Shown: positions 48,147 to 61,146, counted from the stretch's first letter. The stretch: DNA of 64,000 nucleotides from Lophium mytilinum (GCA_010093605.1 MU004187.1:1974882-2038881); one strand, 5' to 3'. Made by a program: numbers and translations. The notes: generated by a model not told the origin, from the letters alone.

Positions 48147-49357
48147 ATGGCCGCAGCCATACAGACCCCTCCCATACCCACGTCACGGAACGACCTCTCA
48201 ACCTTCGACGAAGCCCGAAAAGGCGCCTACGCCTACCTGCAATCTCGCCTAACTCACAAACCCGCAGCCTCCAATGAACCATTCGAGATCCCAGTAATTG
48301 ACATCTCCTCTTCCTTCTCCTCCTCGCTTCTTGACCGCCAAGCCGTCGCCGATAAGATCTGCGCCGCGTGCACCACTAGCGGCTTCTTCTATATCACGAA
48401 CCATGGCGTGCCGTTGCCGACCTGCGCGACTATGCTCGGTGAAGCTAAACGCTTCTTCAAAAGTCTTAACCCAGAGCAGAAGGAGCTGATGCATTTGCGG
48501 AACTCGAAGGTGGGGATGGGGTGGGAGCCGAAAGCGTACACGAGTATCGCGGGGGACACGGAGACGAAAGAGGGGTTTAACTTTGGGTATGAGGCCGCGT
48601 TGGACAAGACGGGGGGTGATGGGTTGTATAGGAACATCGATGGGACGAATGTGAAGGGGAATCAATGGCCGCGGGAGGAGGAATTGCCAGGGTTTTTTGA
48701 GAATATGAGGGAGTATTATAGTGAAGTATGTGTCACTTTGTATCTTCTTAAGCTCATCTTCCATATACTCGTTGGATGTAGTTCTGATCAAGTATCCAGC
48801 TTCTGCAACTAGCCCGCCACCTCTTCCGCCTCTTCGCCCTCTCTCTTGCCCTCCCAGAGGATCATTTCGACTCGATGACGACGCACCCGGGTGGGACAGT
48901 CCGCTTGCTCTACTACCCACCCGCCAAAACCCCTTCCCCGTTCTCCTCTTCGAATTCTGCATCTTCTGAAATCGGCCTCGGTGCCCACTCCGACTACGAG
49001 TGCTTCACCCTCCTCCTATGCTCTGCCTCCTCTGGTCTCGAGATACTCAGCCCATCCGCAAAATGGACTCCTGCGCCTCCCGTGCCCGGGAGCTTCATTG
49101 TCAACGTCGCAGACTTTATGATGCGCTTCACAAATGGCGTGTACAAGAGCACTGTTCATCGCGTTGTGAATCGCGCTGCGGAGGAGCGGTACAGCGTCCC
49201 ATTCTTCTTTAGCGTGAACTACGACCAGGTGGTCGAGACGTTGCCCAGTTGTGTGAGTGAGGAGAATCCGGCGAAGTTCCCGCCGATTCGGGCCGGGGAG
49301 TATGTATTGCAGCGCTTTTCGAATACGACGGAGGGCGGTGGAGGGTATGGCGCGTGA
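48147..49357 (+). CDS. 2-oxoglutarate/Fe(II)-dependent dioxygenase (DIOX_N plus 2OG-FeII_Oxy; IPNS/thymine dioxygenase-like)
   Basis: IPVIDIS, GFFYITNHGV, NQWP, RLLYYP, GAHSDY (HxD), STVHRV, RYSVPFF (RxS). Intron 48726-48799. Confidence 0.92.
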
Positions 49358-49477
49358 GAGTCAATACAAATCATATAAAGTTTGTTGAATGCAGGCCGTA
49401 GCGTTGGATATTGAATGAAGAGGAGCTAATATAATGGAATGGACCTAAGTCGTGATTGGTTGATTGTCATAATTCAG

Positions 49478-51331
49478 TCAAGCTTCCTTCCAGACCTCAG
49501 GCTCATTGGCTAGAGAGCTATTCACGGACCATCGGCCAACGAGAGGTTCTTCGTCAATGCCGCAGTAAATCTTTCCATCACGACCGGCGTACCATCCCAA
49601 TCCGAACGTTTTACCAGAGTGCTCAAGGAACTCGATAATCTGTTTTGTGGACCATGTTTCTGTATCAACCAAGCTGACGAGCCACTGGGCTTGGTGGCAG
49701 TTCAGAATAATGAAAGCTAAACTCCCGGGCTTCCGAGGTAGCACGATTTTACGCCGTTTCCAGAACGCTGATATAGTTGTTACGCACAGTAATACCAGAA
49801 TTACCATAGAGAGCATAAAGGAGACCCAAAATGACTTGAATGTCTCCGCGTTGCCTTTCAAAATGCTGTTCTCTGGCGCCTCCCCTGTACGGTGGAAGAA
49901 TGAGGAGCCCCTGATGGCACAACTGGCGAGCGATACTGCGAGTACATCGAGTAGGATTGTGCCGGATCCAACGAGGGAAAGAAGGTAGTGCTTGTTTAAG
50001 AAGGCTCGAATGGGTAGCGTGTATAAAAAAGTTCCTGAGTAGTCTAATCCAAGGGTTCGAGCACTTGCAGATCCGAGAATTAGTCGATAGTATGGTTCAA
50101 CCAGACGTAACCTTGTGTCGAGGATTCCCCAGAGCAGTTTGACGAGAACGGCAAATCCAACAAGAAGGAACGGAAGGCGGATTATCAACCAATGAGCCTC
50201 GGTGAAGACAAGGCATGGGACTAGGGCCAATAGAAAGGCCGGAACTCCAAGAACGAATGCGAACTCTGTTTTCGAGAGTGTTACAGGGTAAGGTTCCATT
50301 TTCCGGTATCCTTCCGATGCTTCGGGCCCGTCTTCGGTCTGCGTTCGAAATTCTCCTTCCCAGAGAGAGCTTTTGTAAAGAACAAACATACGATTGCGAA
50401 TTCTCTCAGTAATCTCGTGATCGGAAGAATTTCCGTCAAGCCCTTCGAAGTTTAATAAGATGTGGCTCCTCGTGCACATGGCAGCGAGTGCGACAATTCC
50501 CTTGGGATCGTGCAACAATCCTGACTTGCATCTGAGCGCTAATAGTAGGAGGAGACAGCAGAGAGCATTGAGACAAAGCAATACCGTTATCACCCTAGAC
50601 CAAATTACACTGACGAAAACAATATAATGGCTCGGAGGTTCTTTGTCATTTGCCACCTCTTTGACATCGAGAGATGCGGCTTGCACCGTGGGTAATACAG
50701 CTACAGTCAGTACCATGGAGATTGTAGACAGTATAACGCGCCTACTAGCAGGCCAAGGCGGACGGATCCATGTAAAAAAGTTTGAGGTGTCGACGACAAG
50801 GCTCTGTAGGGCGGGTGCTCCTTGAGGTTGAGCAAGCCTGAAGAATGGGTCTAAACGCTTGACCTGGGTATCTAAAATTTGATGTGCTATCCCAAAAAGG
50901 ACTGTGATGATAGTGGGCAGATATCGCCAGGAAAAATAAACGCCATGCGAGATATTCTGTGGGGAATGGAACTGTATTAAGCGGCCCTTTGATTGAGACC
51001 ACTGGAGCAATATCTCCTGAGACGCAGCCATGCCGATTGAAAGCAGAATGAGAACGGAAAGATATGCCTTGCGCAGGACTAAGGGTTTCCAGGAGGGTTT
51101 GTCTAAGTCTTCAGGGAAATAGTAGCTTGTATTTCCTGTCGTACCCTGGCATGAATAGATCTGGTCTATCTCCGCTATATTGAAGACGCCATCCGTAGAT
51201 AGACGAGGATCTTCAGCCGCTTGACTGGCATGTAGTAGAGGGTGGCTGCCCGCGTACAGATCTGCGTTCGTTCCGTAGCTCTCAGTGGCTTCAAGTTCGT
51301 AAGGGCCTTCAACTTCCGGAAAAGATTCCAT
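49478..51331 (-). CDS. Polytopic membrane protein, DUF3433-like (two repeated TM modules)
   Basis: SWKPLVLR, WRYLPTIITVLF...DTQVKRLDPFFRLA and a second copy LDTRLRLVEPYYRL...LGLDY, LPRKPGSLA. The start is uncertain; the frame stays open upstream to about 51463. Confidence 0.78.
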   Translation of the reverse strand: MESFPEVEGPYELEATESYGTNADLYAGSHPLLHASQAAEDPRLSTDGVFNIAEIDQIYSCQGTTGNTSYYFPEDLDKPSWKPLVLRKAYLSVLILLSIGMAASQEILLQWSQSKGRLIQFHSPQNISHGVYFSWRYLPTIITVLFGIAHQILDTQVKRLDPFFRLAQPQGAPALQSLVVDTSNFFTWIRPPWPASRRVILSTISMVLTVAVLPTVQAASLDVKEVANDKEPPSHYIVFVSVIWSRVITVLLCLNALCCLLLLLALRCKSGLLHDPKGIVALAAMCTRSHILLNFEGLDGNSSDHEITERIRNRMFVLYKSSLWEGEFRTQTEDGPEASEGYRKMEPYPVTLSKTEFAFVLGVPAFLLALVPCLVFTEAHWLIIRLPFLLVGFAVLVKLLWGILDTRLRLVEPYYRLILGSASARTLGLDYSGTFLYTLPIRAFLNKHYLLSLVGSGTILLDVLAVSLASCAIRGSSFFHRTGEAPENSILKGNAETFKSFWVSFMLSMVILVLLCVTTISAFWKRRKIVLPRKPGSLAFIILNCHQAQWLVSLVDTETWSTKQIIEFLEHSGKTFGLGWYAGRDGKIYCGIDEEPLVGRWSVNSSLANEPEVWKEA

Positions 51332-52391
51332 TCTCAAATTGAGGATTCGCGTTATCAATCGAATGGGAGGTGTAAAATGGTCTTCGGCTTCGACAACGAG
51401 CTGGTCCCAGGGCTGGGAAGAGTTTCCGTTCGCCGTGTTGAAACTACCGTTCTTGTCCGGACTCTACCCGCCGCGTTAGAATAATAACGGGCCGTTGACA
51501 GGAAACATACTAGAATGACACTGTACTCACGTTCGTCAAATCCTTTTCCTTTCGCTTCTTGTCTTGCTAGGCGACTGGGCTGGTCTCCTTGGAGCTCTTC
51601 TCGCATTACATGGCGCGAAATGGCCAATACAGGGCAGGGCTGGACGAGAACAAAGAAATGGACACTCCGCCTGCACTGGAAATGGCACTCTTGAATAGCT
51701 TTACCTCGCAAAAGATCCGGCGAAGACGACCGCGACGGAAGCCCAAGGTTAAGGAAAGCGTGCCGGCCCCACAGCATATGGACACGCCGGTGAATTAGCG
51801 CCGATTTGAAGCCACAGGTGAATAACTGGGATTGGAGCGGAGGAGAGGTTTCCTTGGACTTAATCCGGCTGAGGCTGAGCTGAATCTATCAAAAGCATGC
51901 CGCGAAGCGTTACTTTCGAAATTATCCCTCTTTTGCAGCTGGCTTTAGTGGCTTGATATCTGCGCTAGTTTATTGGAGGCGTCCTAAGGCTTGCAACACA
52001 CTAGGGTGCGTAGCCAACAACTGGAGTGAAATAAGAAGGCAGGAACCAAGGTGTCAGGCTGCAACACCATCGAAGATGATATTTCGTTTTCGACAACGCG
52101 CAGCCGCTGCCTCGCCAACCCATTCCCTGGGACGATAAGCGTGCATACCCTTCGCCTACCCGCAAATAAGACAAGCCTACGCGATCCAGGCCCAAGCACA
52201 GGAGCCAATTGCGTTTTATGCCAAGTCGAAAGATGGGGCGCTTCGTCGTTGTCAATCCTCAGCTCTCCGGGGCTGATGTGCAGCCTGGCAGCCTTGTCAG
52301 AGCAGGCTGAACGCGGGGTATAAGATTTGACACTGCCCCCCAGTGTTTCCGTCTGGGCAACACAGCATATTCTACAGCCTGGTCTTTGAAT

Positions 52392-54255
52392 ATGAAGCGA
52401 CTGTTCGTGTGTTGCGACGGCACGTCGTGCGACGCCACACAAGGAGAGCACGAGGCAATCACGAATGTGGCGAGATTTGCGCGGTGTGTAAAGACCGTCG
52501 CGGATGATAAGAAGACACTCCAACTCGTATATTACCACAAAGGCCCCGTAAATTGGATAACCGGGAGTGGTGAGTTGTTTAGTATTTTGCTCGAAACGTA
52601 AGGAGGTTGCCGACATCAGCTTGACTCACTAGCTGGCAGACATCCATGACATTATTCAAGATGCCTACCACTTCATCTGTCAGAACTATGATTTTGACGG
52701 AGATGGGGACGAAATCCACCTCGTCGGCTTCTCACGGGGGGCGTTCGCGGTCCGAGCTCTGGCTTGCTTCATCGCAGATGTGGGCCTCTTTCGGAAGACG
52801 GGATTAGCGTTCCTCCCAGGCACGTATAAGCTATGGCGAAAGTCGAACGAGAAATTGGAAGAGAGGGAATCTTATAAGGAGTACCTCGACCCGCTTCTGA
52901 CGGAAGTGACTGGGGAAGAAAAGCCCAAATTAATACAAGGCATCGCCATACAGTCTTGCGCTGTCTGGGATACCGTCAGCAACCTGAAGGATCCTTTGAA
53001 AAAAGGACATGTGCGTAATAATCACCTGGCTTGGGTAGAATCTGAATTACCACAGAGACTGCAGAACGCTTTCCAAGCTCTCGCACTCAACGAAGACAGC
53101 TATGAGTTCTTACCCGTCCTATGGAAGAAGCCAGACCCTGGATTGAAATCAGAAAATTCAGAGACTGAACGCGAATCGGAGAAAGCAGACGGTAAATCCG
53201 AGGAGAAGAAGCCAGAGCAACCCAGAATTAAGCAGTGTTGGTTCAGAGGCAACCACTCTGATATTGGTGGAGGCTACGCTGACTCTGGACTTGCGACTCT
53301 ATCCTTGCTATGGATGGTTGCCCAGTTCAAGGCATTCCTTCCCAACGTTTCCTTCGACGACGATATCCTCACTGACTTCATGACCCCTATGTCTTTGAAG
53401 TGGACTACTGACAGCCAAGGAAGAGAAACGTACACGTACAAGAGTCACAACGCGACCAAAGGTAAGAAAACTGATCGACAATACATTTGCGCGTACCTTG
53501 GATATGGTGTACTTATCCTATCTCTAGGAGCTGTTCATAACACGCCCAATCTTTTCCGGTTATCGCTTCGGGGATTGACTTCGGATATAGCACGAAAAAG
53601 CTTATTCGAAAGTTCTGCGACTCTCCATTCAACTGTCAGGATACTGATGAAGCTTGACGCCAGAACGGATCGTGGAAAGAAGAATGTTTTGCTGGAAGAC
53701 TATCATCCCGAGATCTATAAGGAAAACGGCCAAAGAGCTAGGTGGTGCCATAATTTGAAGGGAAACACTCTGGAAGAAGACTGTGCCACGAAATGGGAGA
53801 GCGATATCTTCCACGAGTGGCTGATAAGAGAGCACGACTGGCGAAAAAAGCATTCGGACGATAATGAGGAGATGCGCAAGAGTTTTGCCGCCAAACTTTA
53901 TCCTGTCAGGAACCAGATGGAAGGCCCCCACGAACGGACCATGTTCGAAGCTCCCCAGTCACCAAATCGGAAACGAGCGTCATCAGAGAAGAGAGAAAAG
54001 TCAAGCTCTATGAGTCGTACCAAATCGGAGGGCAAGCCTGTGAAGGATCCTATTCGTTCGAAAAGCATGCAGCCTTCTAGAAAAATTGATCGTCCGGAGG
54101 ACCTGCCACACCTCGGAAAAGCTATGAATGGCAAGGATGGGTCTAACTCACGTGGTAGACTTGATCTGAAGGATACGCCAAGCCCCGAAACGGCTACTCG
54201 TTGGAAAAAAAGGTCAAACTCACGCAGAAAACAGGATAGTGATTCGCCGGACTAG
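52392..54255 (+). CDS. DUF2235 (Tle1-like) alpha/beta hydrolase with charged disordered tail
   Basis: MKRLFVCCDGT, TNVARF, AYHFICQNY..GDEIHLVGFSRGAF, VWDTV, QALALNE, QCWFRGNHSDIGGG. Introns 52570-52632 and 53462-53527. Confidence 0.88.
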
Positions 54256-55285
54256 ACCACCAGTCCCTATTACAAAAAGCCCAAAACTGGTTTCCAGTGT
54301 GTCACTTCCGCAACTGGGTGCCCTGCTATTGGGAGTGCATGCGCATACTGAGGCGATGGCACTGGGCAGGATTGAATCTCGGAAGCAGAGAGGTAAACAT
54401 CGGGGGGTTTTGACAGTCTGGCTGAAGTACAAGTAGTTAGCAATCGTTATTCAAAAAGTCACATTCTCTAGATGTACTTACTACCCCACGGTCACACCTC
54501 TCTACATCAACCAGAGTGATAGATTGTGACGGAAGCGTGAAGTCTGAGGGCGGGCAAACTGCGGTGAAGAAAACTGTCAAAAAGGAAAGCGTTCTTAAGC
54601 AGGCTGGCCATCTAAGGCCATCCTGCTGCAGCTGGTGAAGCTGGCTTAGACTTCGGATTGGACATGAGCACAGCCTCCTCGCTCTCGTGCAGTATCCTCC
54701 AATCTCCGAGCTTCGAACGATCTGAAAGGGGGGATGGGAACACCTTGAGTGTGGAGACTTATCGGTCGGGTACTCTAAACAGTCGTGGAAGGTCAGAACT
54801 GCGACCTCGAAGAACCGCCCAGGTTGGGAGACAGCATCCAGTCTAGCCTCAAGGCCGACTTTAAGTCGAGTTGCACACTTACAGCCTCCCCTCGTAGCTG
54901 ACGGTAGAGTTGGATCGTAGATACTGCGTTTAAAACGCTTGAAAGCACTGGAAGAGTCGTTAGCCAATAAGATCCCTTTCAACTAGGCTTCAATGCTGCA
55001 TTCTCCCTTGAGGCCGTCCGTTGAACAGCCTGTAAGCGGTTTCAGCGTAACGCAAGAATGGATGACCACGTTCAATGACCAAGATCAACTCTTCAGGGAT
55101 CAAAATGCTCTCTTGATACCTAGAATCATTCCCATAAGCCGGCCATCGGACGTGAGGTCGTGGCGTACGTTCACACACCTAAGCATCCCAGTATCATCAA
55201 CCATGGTATACAGTCGCAACCGCCCCGTGCTCAACAACTCCCCCTAAAGCCCAAAAGCGCCGTTTGATCCTCTAGAGAAACCTAC

Positions 55286-57662
55286 TCATGCTCCACTCCG
55301 ATGCACCTGTGCACCTCCCCGCCTGAACTGAATGGTCTCTCGCCTCTGCATGACGATCAACGCCCGGTTGAGAGCCTGTTCGCTATAACCCTTGCCATCT
55401 ACGAACTCGCGCTTCAAAGTCGCTAAGCTGGTGTTCCAACCAATGGGCAGCCGCCTTCTTAGTTCTTCTTCGACCTTCATCATTTCGTCGTTCAGCTCCT
55501 TGCTTCCCTGACCTTCACCTTGACTGACGGCATCCATGGTAGAGGCCAAGAACAGTCGGATAGCCTCATCGACATGAGCTTCGTTCGCAATGGGAGAAAG
55601 AGAGAGTTTCGCAAGAGACTCCGTGATACGGATGATAGCTTCAAGCTGACGAACGGTGATGGGGATACTAGATCGGGCATTCGCCGATAGCTCAGCAGCG
55701 TGCACCTGGCGACGGATTGACACGAAGTGAGAAGAGAGCTTTTCTGCTGCCTCGGGGGAGAGGCGGGGCGCGCATTTTCTGGCGGAAAAATGTCAGCTAT
55801 GCAAGGAAATTTATTGGGTCGATAGGAAGGAGTCGCTTACTGTTTGCAGTAGCTGATGTACCGCTTCATTTTGTCAACAGGGATTTCAGCCTGCACTTGA
55901 TCTTCTGCGCCGCGTCCACCCATGTGGATGTTCATGACATGCTTCGCCATTTTCTCATCGCGACCACGCTCGTGCTCGTCACGAACAATGAAGATCATGT
56001 CAAAACGAGATAGAATAGTGGTCTGAAAGTCGATGTTCTCCCCGGGCGTCTTGAGATCATCATAGCGTCCAAAGATCGGATTGGCGGCAGCGAGTACAGA
56101 TGTGCGGGCGTTTAGGATTGTTGTGATGCCAGCTTTGGCAATTGAGATGGTCTGTTGTTCCATGGCCTCGTGAATGGCAACTCGATCCTCATCCCGCATC
56201 TTGTCGAACTCGTCAATACAAACAACGCCACCATCTGCGAGTACCATCGCACCACCTTCCAGGTAGAATTCTCGGGTGGTGTGCTCGCGCTGCACCGAAG
56301 CCGTCAGACCCGCTGCGGACGAACCTTTTCCGGAAGTGTAGATCGCAATAGGAGCCGCTTTCTCAACGAATTTGAGCAACTGTGATTTGGCCGTACCAGG
56401 ATCACCGAGCAGTAGCACGTTGATGTCGCCGCGAAGTTTCATTCCATCGGGGAGAATCTTTTTGGACCCGCCCATTAGCAGACAGGCAATGGCTTTCTTG
56501 ATGTCTTTGTTTCCGTAGATCGAAGGGGCGATGCAGCTCGAGAAGACCTCGTAAAGGTCCGGTCGCCGACTCAATTCCAAAAATTCCTGCTCTTCTGCTT
56601 CTGAGAATGTTGCATTGCCTTTCATGGAGTGATCGACATCAGCTGTGATGCCTACAGCGCGCAAGTATGGGTTTCGAATGGCCACGGCCGACTTCTGCGC
56701 TTGCTTGGACGCCTTCTGAGAATAGATCGAGTAAACACCCATGACTGTGCACCGAGACCCCGGGACAACGCGATTCGCAAGGTATCGATCTGCAGAGACT
56801 ACGATAGATCGTGGGAGTTCTCCAACCGGAACGTGGTCGGGCGCCTCTTGAAGCTTCAGAATCTGCTGATCGATAAACTGGCTCTTCTCGTGAACGACAA
56901 CATATGGGTCCATGGGACAGGGCGCGTTGTCCTCTGCCTTTCTTAGACCATCGGGTTTCTTTTGTCCAGCTCGACATGTTCGAGGAAGAGTCACACCGGC
57001 GACGCCTCCAGAGATCGGGTAGTCAAGATCGTCCTTGCAGTTCCGACATTGAATATGGAGAGCGGTGGCTTTTGAGGCCAGGACTGTGGCGCTGATGATG
57101 ATGCCGGGTATCCGCACAAGATGTGAAACACTGGTAGCGGCTAGATCTCGTATTGAGAGCTCAGAAGCTCCTGAATGTAGAAGGAGTTGGTGCTGGGGAA
57201 GCTCTTTGAGCATATCCCGATCGGATGGGAAAACGATTCGTTGTGTGCAGATTCTCAGCGCAGATTCGAACTAGAAGTGACGACTGATTAGCTAGGCCGA
57301 AGACGACAGGTTCAATCTTTGTCTCGTACCAAGGGTATGATATCGGCGGGTTCATTCTGCAGTCGGTGTGCTAGTTCCTCGTTGTAGGAGATCAAATGCG
57401 CAACGTCGATGTCGCAGTAATACTGCTTCACCAGAACATTCTCCCTGATCTGATCTCTGCAAAGCTGTCAGTCCGGTTCGCCAAGATTGCAAGATTCTAC
57501 GAAATCCTACCTGTATACAAAGACGTTGTTAAGGTGGAATTCCATAACGAAGTCGACGAGCGCTTGCTCGATGCGAGACGGCTGCATGCCATCGGGGCCG
57601 TCATCGTCAATTTGGCTGCCGAAGAGCGGCACAGAGATGGCGGATTGTCTATCAAAGGCCAT
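55286..57662 (-). CDS. MCM5: DNA replication licensing factor Mcm5
   Basis: [17 protein letters not shown], Walker [26 protein letters not shown], Walker [10 protein letters not shown], arginine finger [13 protein letters not shown]. Three introns. Confidence 0.97.
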
Positions 57663-57744
57663 GTTGGAGCGTGGTAATCGTGTGGACGGGAGTGTCTGCG
57701 GAGTCGTAACAGGAGGTGAGGAGGTGGGATGAAAACGAACTAGG

Positions 57745-57780
57745 GCTGGGACGCGATCTAGCGCGTTGTCGCGTAGAAAA
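57745..57780 (-). promoter_or_regulatory. Triple MCB-like (ACGCGN) cell-cycle element upstream of MCM5
   Basis: Minus strand reads TTTTCTACGCGACAACGCGCTAGATCGCGTCCCA, about 90-120 nt upstream of the MCM5 ATG. Confidence 0.65.
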
Positions 57781-57885
57781 CACTTTAATCCCCAATCGGA
57801 GTGTTAGTAAGCGAGTGTTTTATTTATGTGTAGGTATACCATCCTACCTTCATCTCCACTCCATCACTATCTACACCCCATAATC

Positions 57886-58417
57886 ATGGCATCGACCCTC
57901 CAAAGCGGATCCACCGCTCCATCAGCCACTCCTGCGACCCACGAACTCTCATTTCCCCTCCCCCGCGCCCCGCAATCCCACATACACCTCCGCTTAACCA
58001 ACCACACTACCTCTGTGCTCCTCTTCCTCACAACCTCTGTGGAGTCTACGTCCACGTTGTCCTCACTAGGGAGCTTCGTATATGCGATGCCGAACGTGAG
58101 TTATGACCCCGGCCGGTCTCACTATAACACGCTCCTATTTTCGAATCATTTACTAATACGAGATCAACTGTGAATAGCGAACCGGAGGACAACCACTAAG
58201 TACACCGTTATACACCCAAGGCTCCACATTAGATTTTGCCACGAGATTGGCGAGGCTATTGGCGAAAAAACTGGGCAAGCCGGTGTATGTGGGCAACTCA
58301 ATTAGTTTTGCTGGGGCGGGGATGGGAGGAACAGTTGAGGAGGAGATGGAGGGCTTTAGACGATGTGTGGACGTTGTAGTGGGAGTCTTAGAGAGAGACA
58401 AAAAAGCAAAGGAGTGA
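57886..58417 (+). CDS. Proteasome assembly chaperone 4-like (PAC4/POC4) small protein
   Basis: HELSFPLPRAP..HIHLRLT...LLFLTT...LGSFVYAMPN, intron approx 58096-58177, then PLSTPLY....LDFATRLARLLAKKLGKPVYVGNS. Confidence 0.72.
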
Positions 58418-58638
58418 GAGTATGCATGCTGAGATATGAGCGATTGGTCACTTCATGGCGTTTGGGGACCGTGTGATGAGGAATGACAAAATCACGAGTA
58501 CAATAATCCTTCCAAGAAACAGGGGGAAAAGCATCAAGAGTAGGTACTGTTCGATAACGAAGGTGCTATATTGGATCCCAAAGATCATCACGCCTACAAA
58601 AATTTTATGTCGGTTAAGGCCGATGGGCAACGACCACT

Positions 58639-59014
58639 TCAGTTCATTCCCTCCAAGCGCTCCTTAGCACTATCCTTGGCCTCTTGGGACACATTAGGGT
58701 TCTTCAGCGTCGCCTTCAAACCACCCGCACTGCCGAAAAGAATTAGTAATCCAATTCTAGAAGCGTCAGGAATGATTGGAACCTACACGTTGTTTGGGTT
58801 CTTGTTCTCATCCGCGTCGGCCCTGGACCCAACGTTTCCACCGTCCAACTCCTGTTCGAGAACTTCGCGGGAGTGTTGCTTGGACTCCTCAGAGGTGTCT
58901 AGATACACAATCAGGTTCATGATTATCGCATGAAAGGGAAGAATGAAAGAGCTGCTCACTGGGGTTGTTGAGGTTAGCCTTGTGGCCACCCGCAACGTTT
59001 CCAAGGTTGGACAT
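58639..59014 (-). CDS. con-6: Conidiation-specific protein CON-6 family (two Con-6 repeats)
   Basis: Three exons (59014-58960, 58898-58787, 58729-58639) splice to MSNLGNVAGGHKANLNNPNTSEESKQHSREVLEQELDGGNVGSRADADENKNPNNVAGGLKATLKNPNVSQEAKDSAKERLEGMN. Confidence 0.9.
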
Positions 59015-61146
59015 AATGATTGAAAAGTTTGATGAATTGGAAGGTTTTGAAAGGCTTGGGGTTCAGTGTGCGAAGTGGATTGAATTTGGATGAGATGAGA
59101 TTCTAATGTGTACTTCTCTGGAGTCTTTATACCATCTTCGCAGGTATTTTCGATGCCGGAAAAGAGTCATCCTGTCTGTAAAGCAGCCGGCAAAAGATGA
59201 AGACTCTCATCGGCTCGTCATACATGCACCCAGGCCACTACATCGCTGCACACCGCATCACACTATTTGCCAATCCTAGCGTACCGGAGCGCTTCCAAAG
59301 GAAATTTTAAGAGAGTCGACGTCGTGGACAAGCGCCCACGTTCCAATCGACAGGGTTACTACAGCTACCTGTGCGCATATTAACATCGATGGCTGCGTTG
59401 GTAGGCTATGAATTGATGCCAGACGGGAAGTCCACGAAGTATAATCGCGGATCTGGAGTCGATCTCGATCTACCCATGAGCCTAAATTAACCCAGATCCA
59501 CCACAAATCCAGGAACCCTGGCCCGGCGTGGAACTAAGGGCGGTGAGCGCTACGGAGAACGCCCGCGGAGTAAGAGGAGTGTTTTGGTTACTTAAAATGA
59601 TGTCTAGCTCGCTATAGAGATATCGCAAATATAGCCTCTCAGTCTCTGGCGTATTTGTTTGTATCATTCGTAGACTCTTCCCGCATTGGCTTTCAGAGCC
59701 AAGATCCATGAGTAGCATGACGGTACCTTTGGATGATTGAACTGTACGCAGACAAATAGCGCCGCATTAGTGCATTCTGTATGTTGACATCAGAGCTACA
59801 CGGACGTGACGTGAAAATGATTCACCGCGTTCACTGACACGCAGTCACGGGGGCCAGCCCGATCTAGAGAGCCGCCTAGTTCCCCCTAACCATCCGCCAC
59901 TTATTGGCGGGTTTCTCACCGTTCTCTTCTGACTCTATCTAGTAGCTAATCCATGACGTGGTATACATGCTACTACTTTCTAGGGAATGTAAAGTGTTTA
60001 ATGCCGCATGTGAACGGTGACTCCTTTTTGAATCTGAGGATCTATCAAATCAGGCATGCGGAGCCAAATTATCGCAGGTCAGTGTGAAGATTGCCTAGAC
60101 GACTTGGGGACTCGTCTGTGAACGTTGAGAGAAGGCGCTCGTCCCGTGCGTTAGCCTGACACACTCTGTGAACTGCCATACTCCTTTTCTATCATTTGGA
60201 GAACGCATATGCAACTCGCTACGAACTATTCTCTAGATCGAACTGTCTGCTTTTGTCAGATGGTGCCCTCGAACGTTGTAGGTAGGTGGCTAAGTACGTG
60301 CCAAGACCAGGCTCACATGCTCCCTATGTCCTGCTTTCGCTCCTTCTCCCGTCTAACCTTCACACCATGCCGAATTTCTTAGATGAAAATGCCCCTCGTG
60401 CCTCACATGCACCGACTGCTGCCACCACGATACTCTTCTTTGGCGCTCATCACTCCGCTTACAGCTCGGGCCGTTATGCGCACTCTGACTTCCCCGCTTG
60501 CTGGTCAGCCGTCTGCGCCGCGTGCCTTGCAGCATGCATCCATCGCCGCCTCACAGCCACTCACCACCACCCGACTTCTAGAAAACCGTTGAAAGCTCTG
60601 CTGTATCACCTCTTTCTGTCTTTTCTCCACTCGAATTACTGTTTAGACCACACCCCACATTCCTTAAGTCGTCCGACCCATGACGCAACGCTTCGCTGTT
60701 CAATCTATTCGCTGACCAGGGAGAGCCTACAACATTCTCTTAAATCGCCATATAACCGCCTGAAGATAGAAGTTATTCCGTAGGTAGTCCTTGTTGAAAC
60801 AGTTCACACAGGGGAATGGTGGTGTAGGGACTGGGCTGTCATGTGCATCTAGCTTGCCTATACTCCTCTGAATCCTGTTCTGCCACCTCTCTACCATGCA
60901 AGCGCGGGAATTGACATGCACCAAAGTAGGATTCACCACATCTATCAGCGGGGCTAGTATCGCCATTACGACTGCAAAATGGCACCAAGTGTTGTCACGG
61001 CGCAGGCTATCCTCGGTTCACCTAGAAATGCATCCGTGGTTGCCAGCTTGGCTGCCACCGCCATATTAAGGCCACATATAGAACCAACCTCGTGTCTCCA
61101 GCTCCCTTTCCTTCAAGCTTCTGCATGTCTTTTTGAAAAGCTGACC

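Noticed and set aside
48147..49357. Idea that the 2OG dioxygenase and the amidohydrolase at 543-1583 form a thymine-salvage (T7H/IDCase) pair
   Set aside because: They are 47 kb apart, separated by housekeeping genes, and neither can be assigned to those orthogroups by eye.
54300..55280. ORFs and two 13-bp palindromes (CGACTTTAAGTCG, GCGTTTAAAACGC) between DUF2235 and MCM5
   Set aside because: No family similarity; short palindromes are expected by chance; no TIR/TSD structure.
60286..60783. 165-aa GTG-start ORF upstream of the alpha-galactosidase
   Set aside because: Low-information composition with no motif; likely promoter or UTR sequence.
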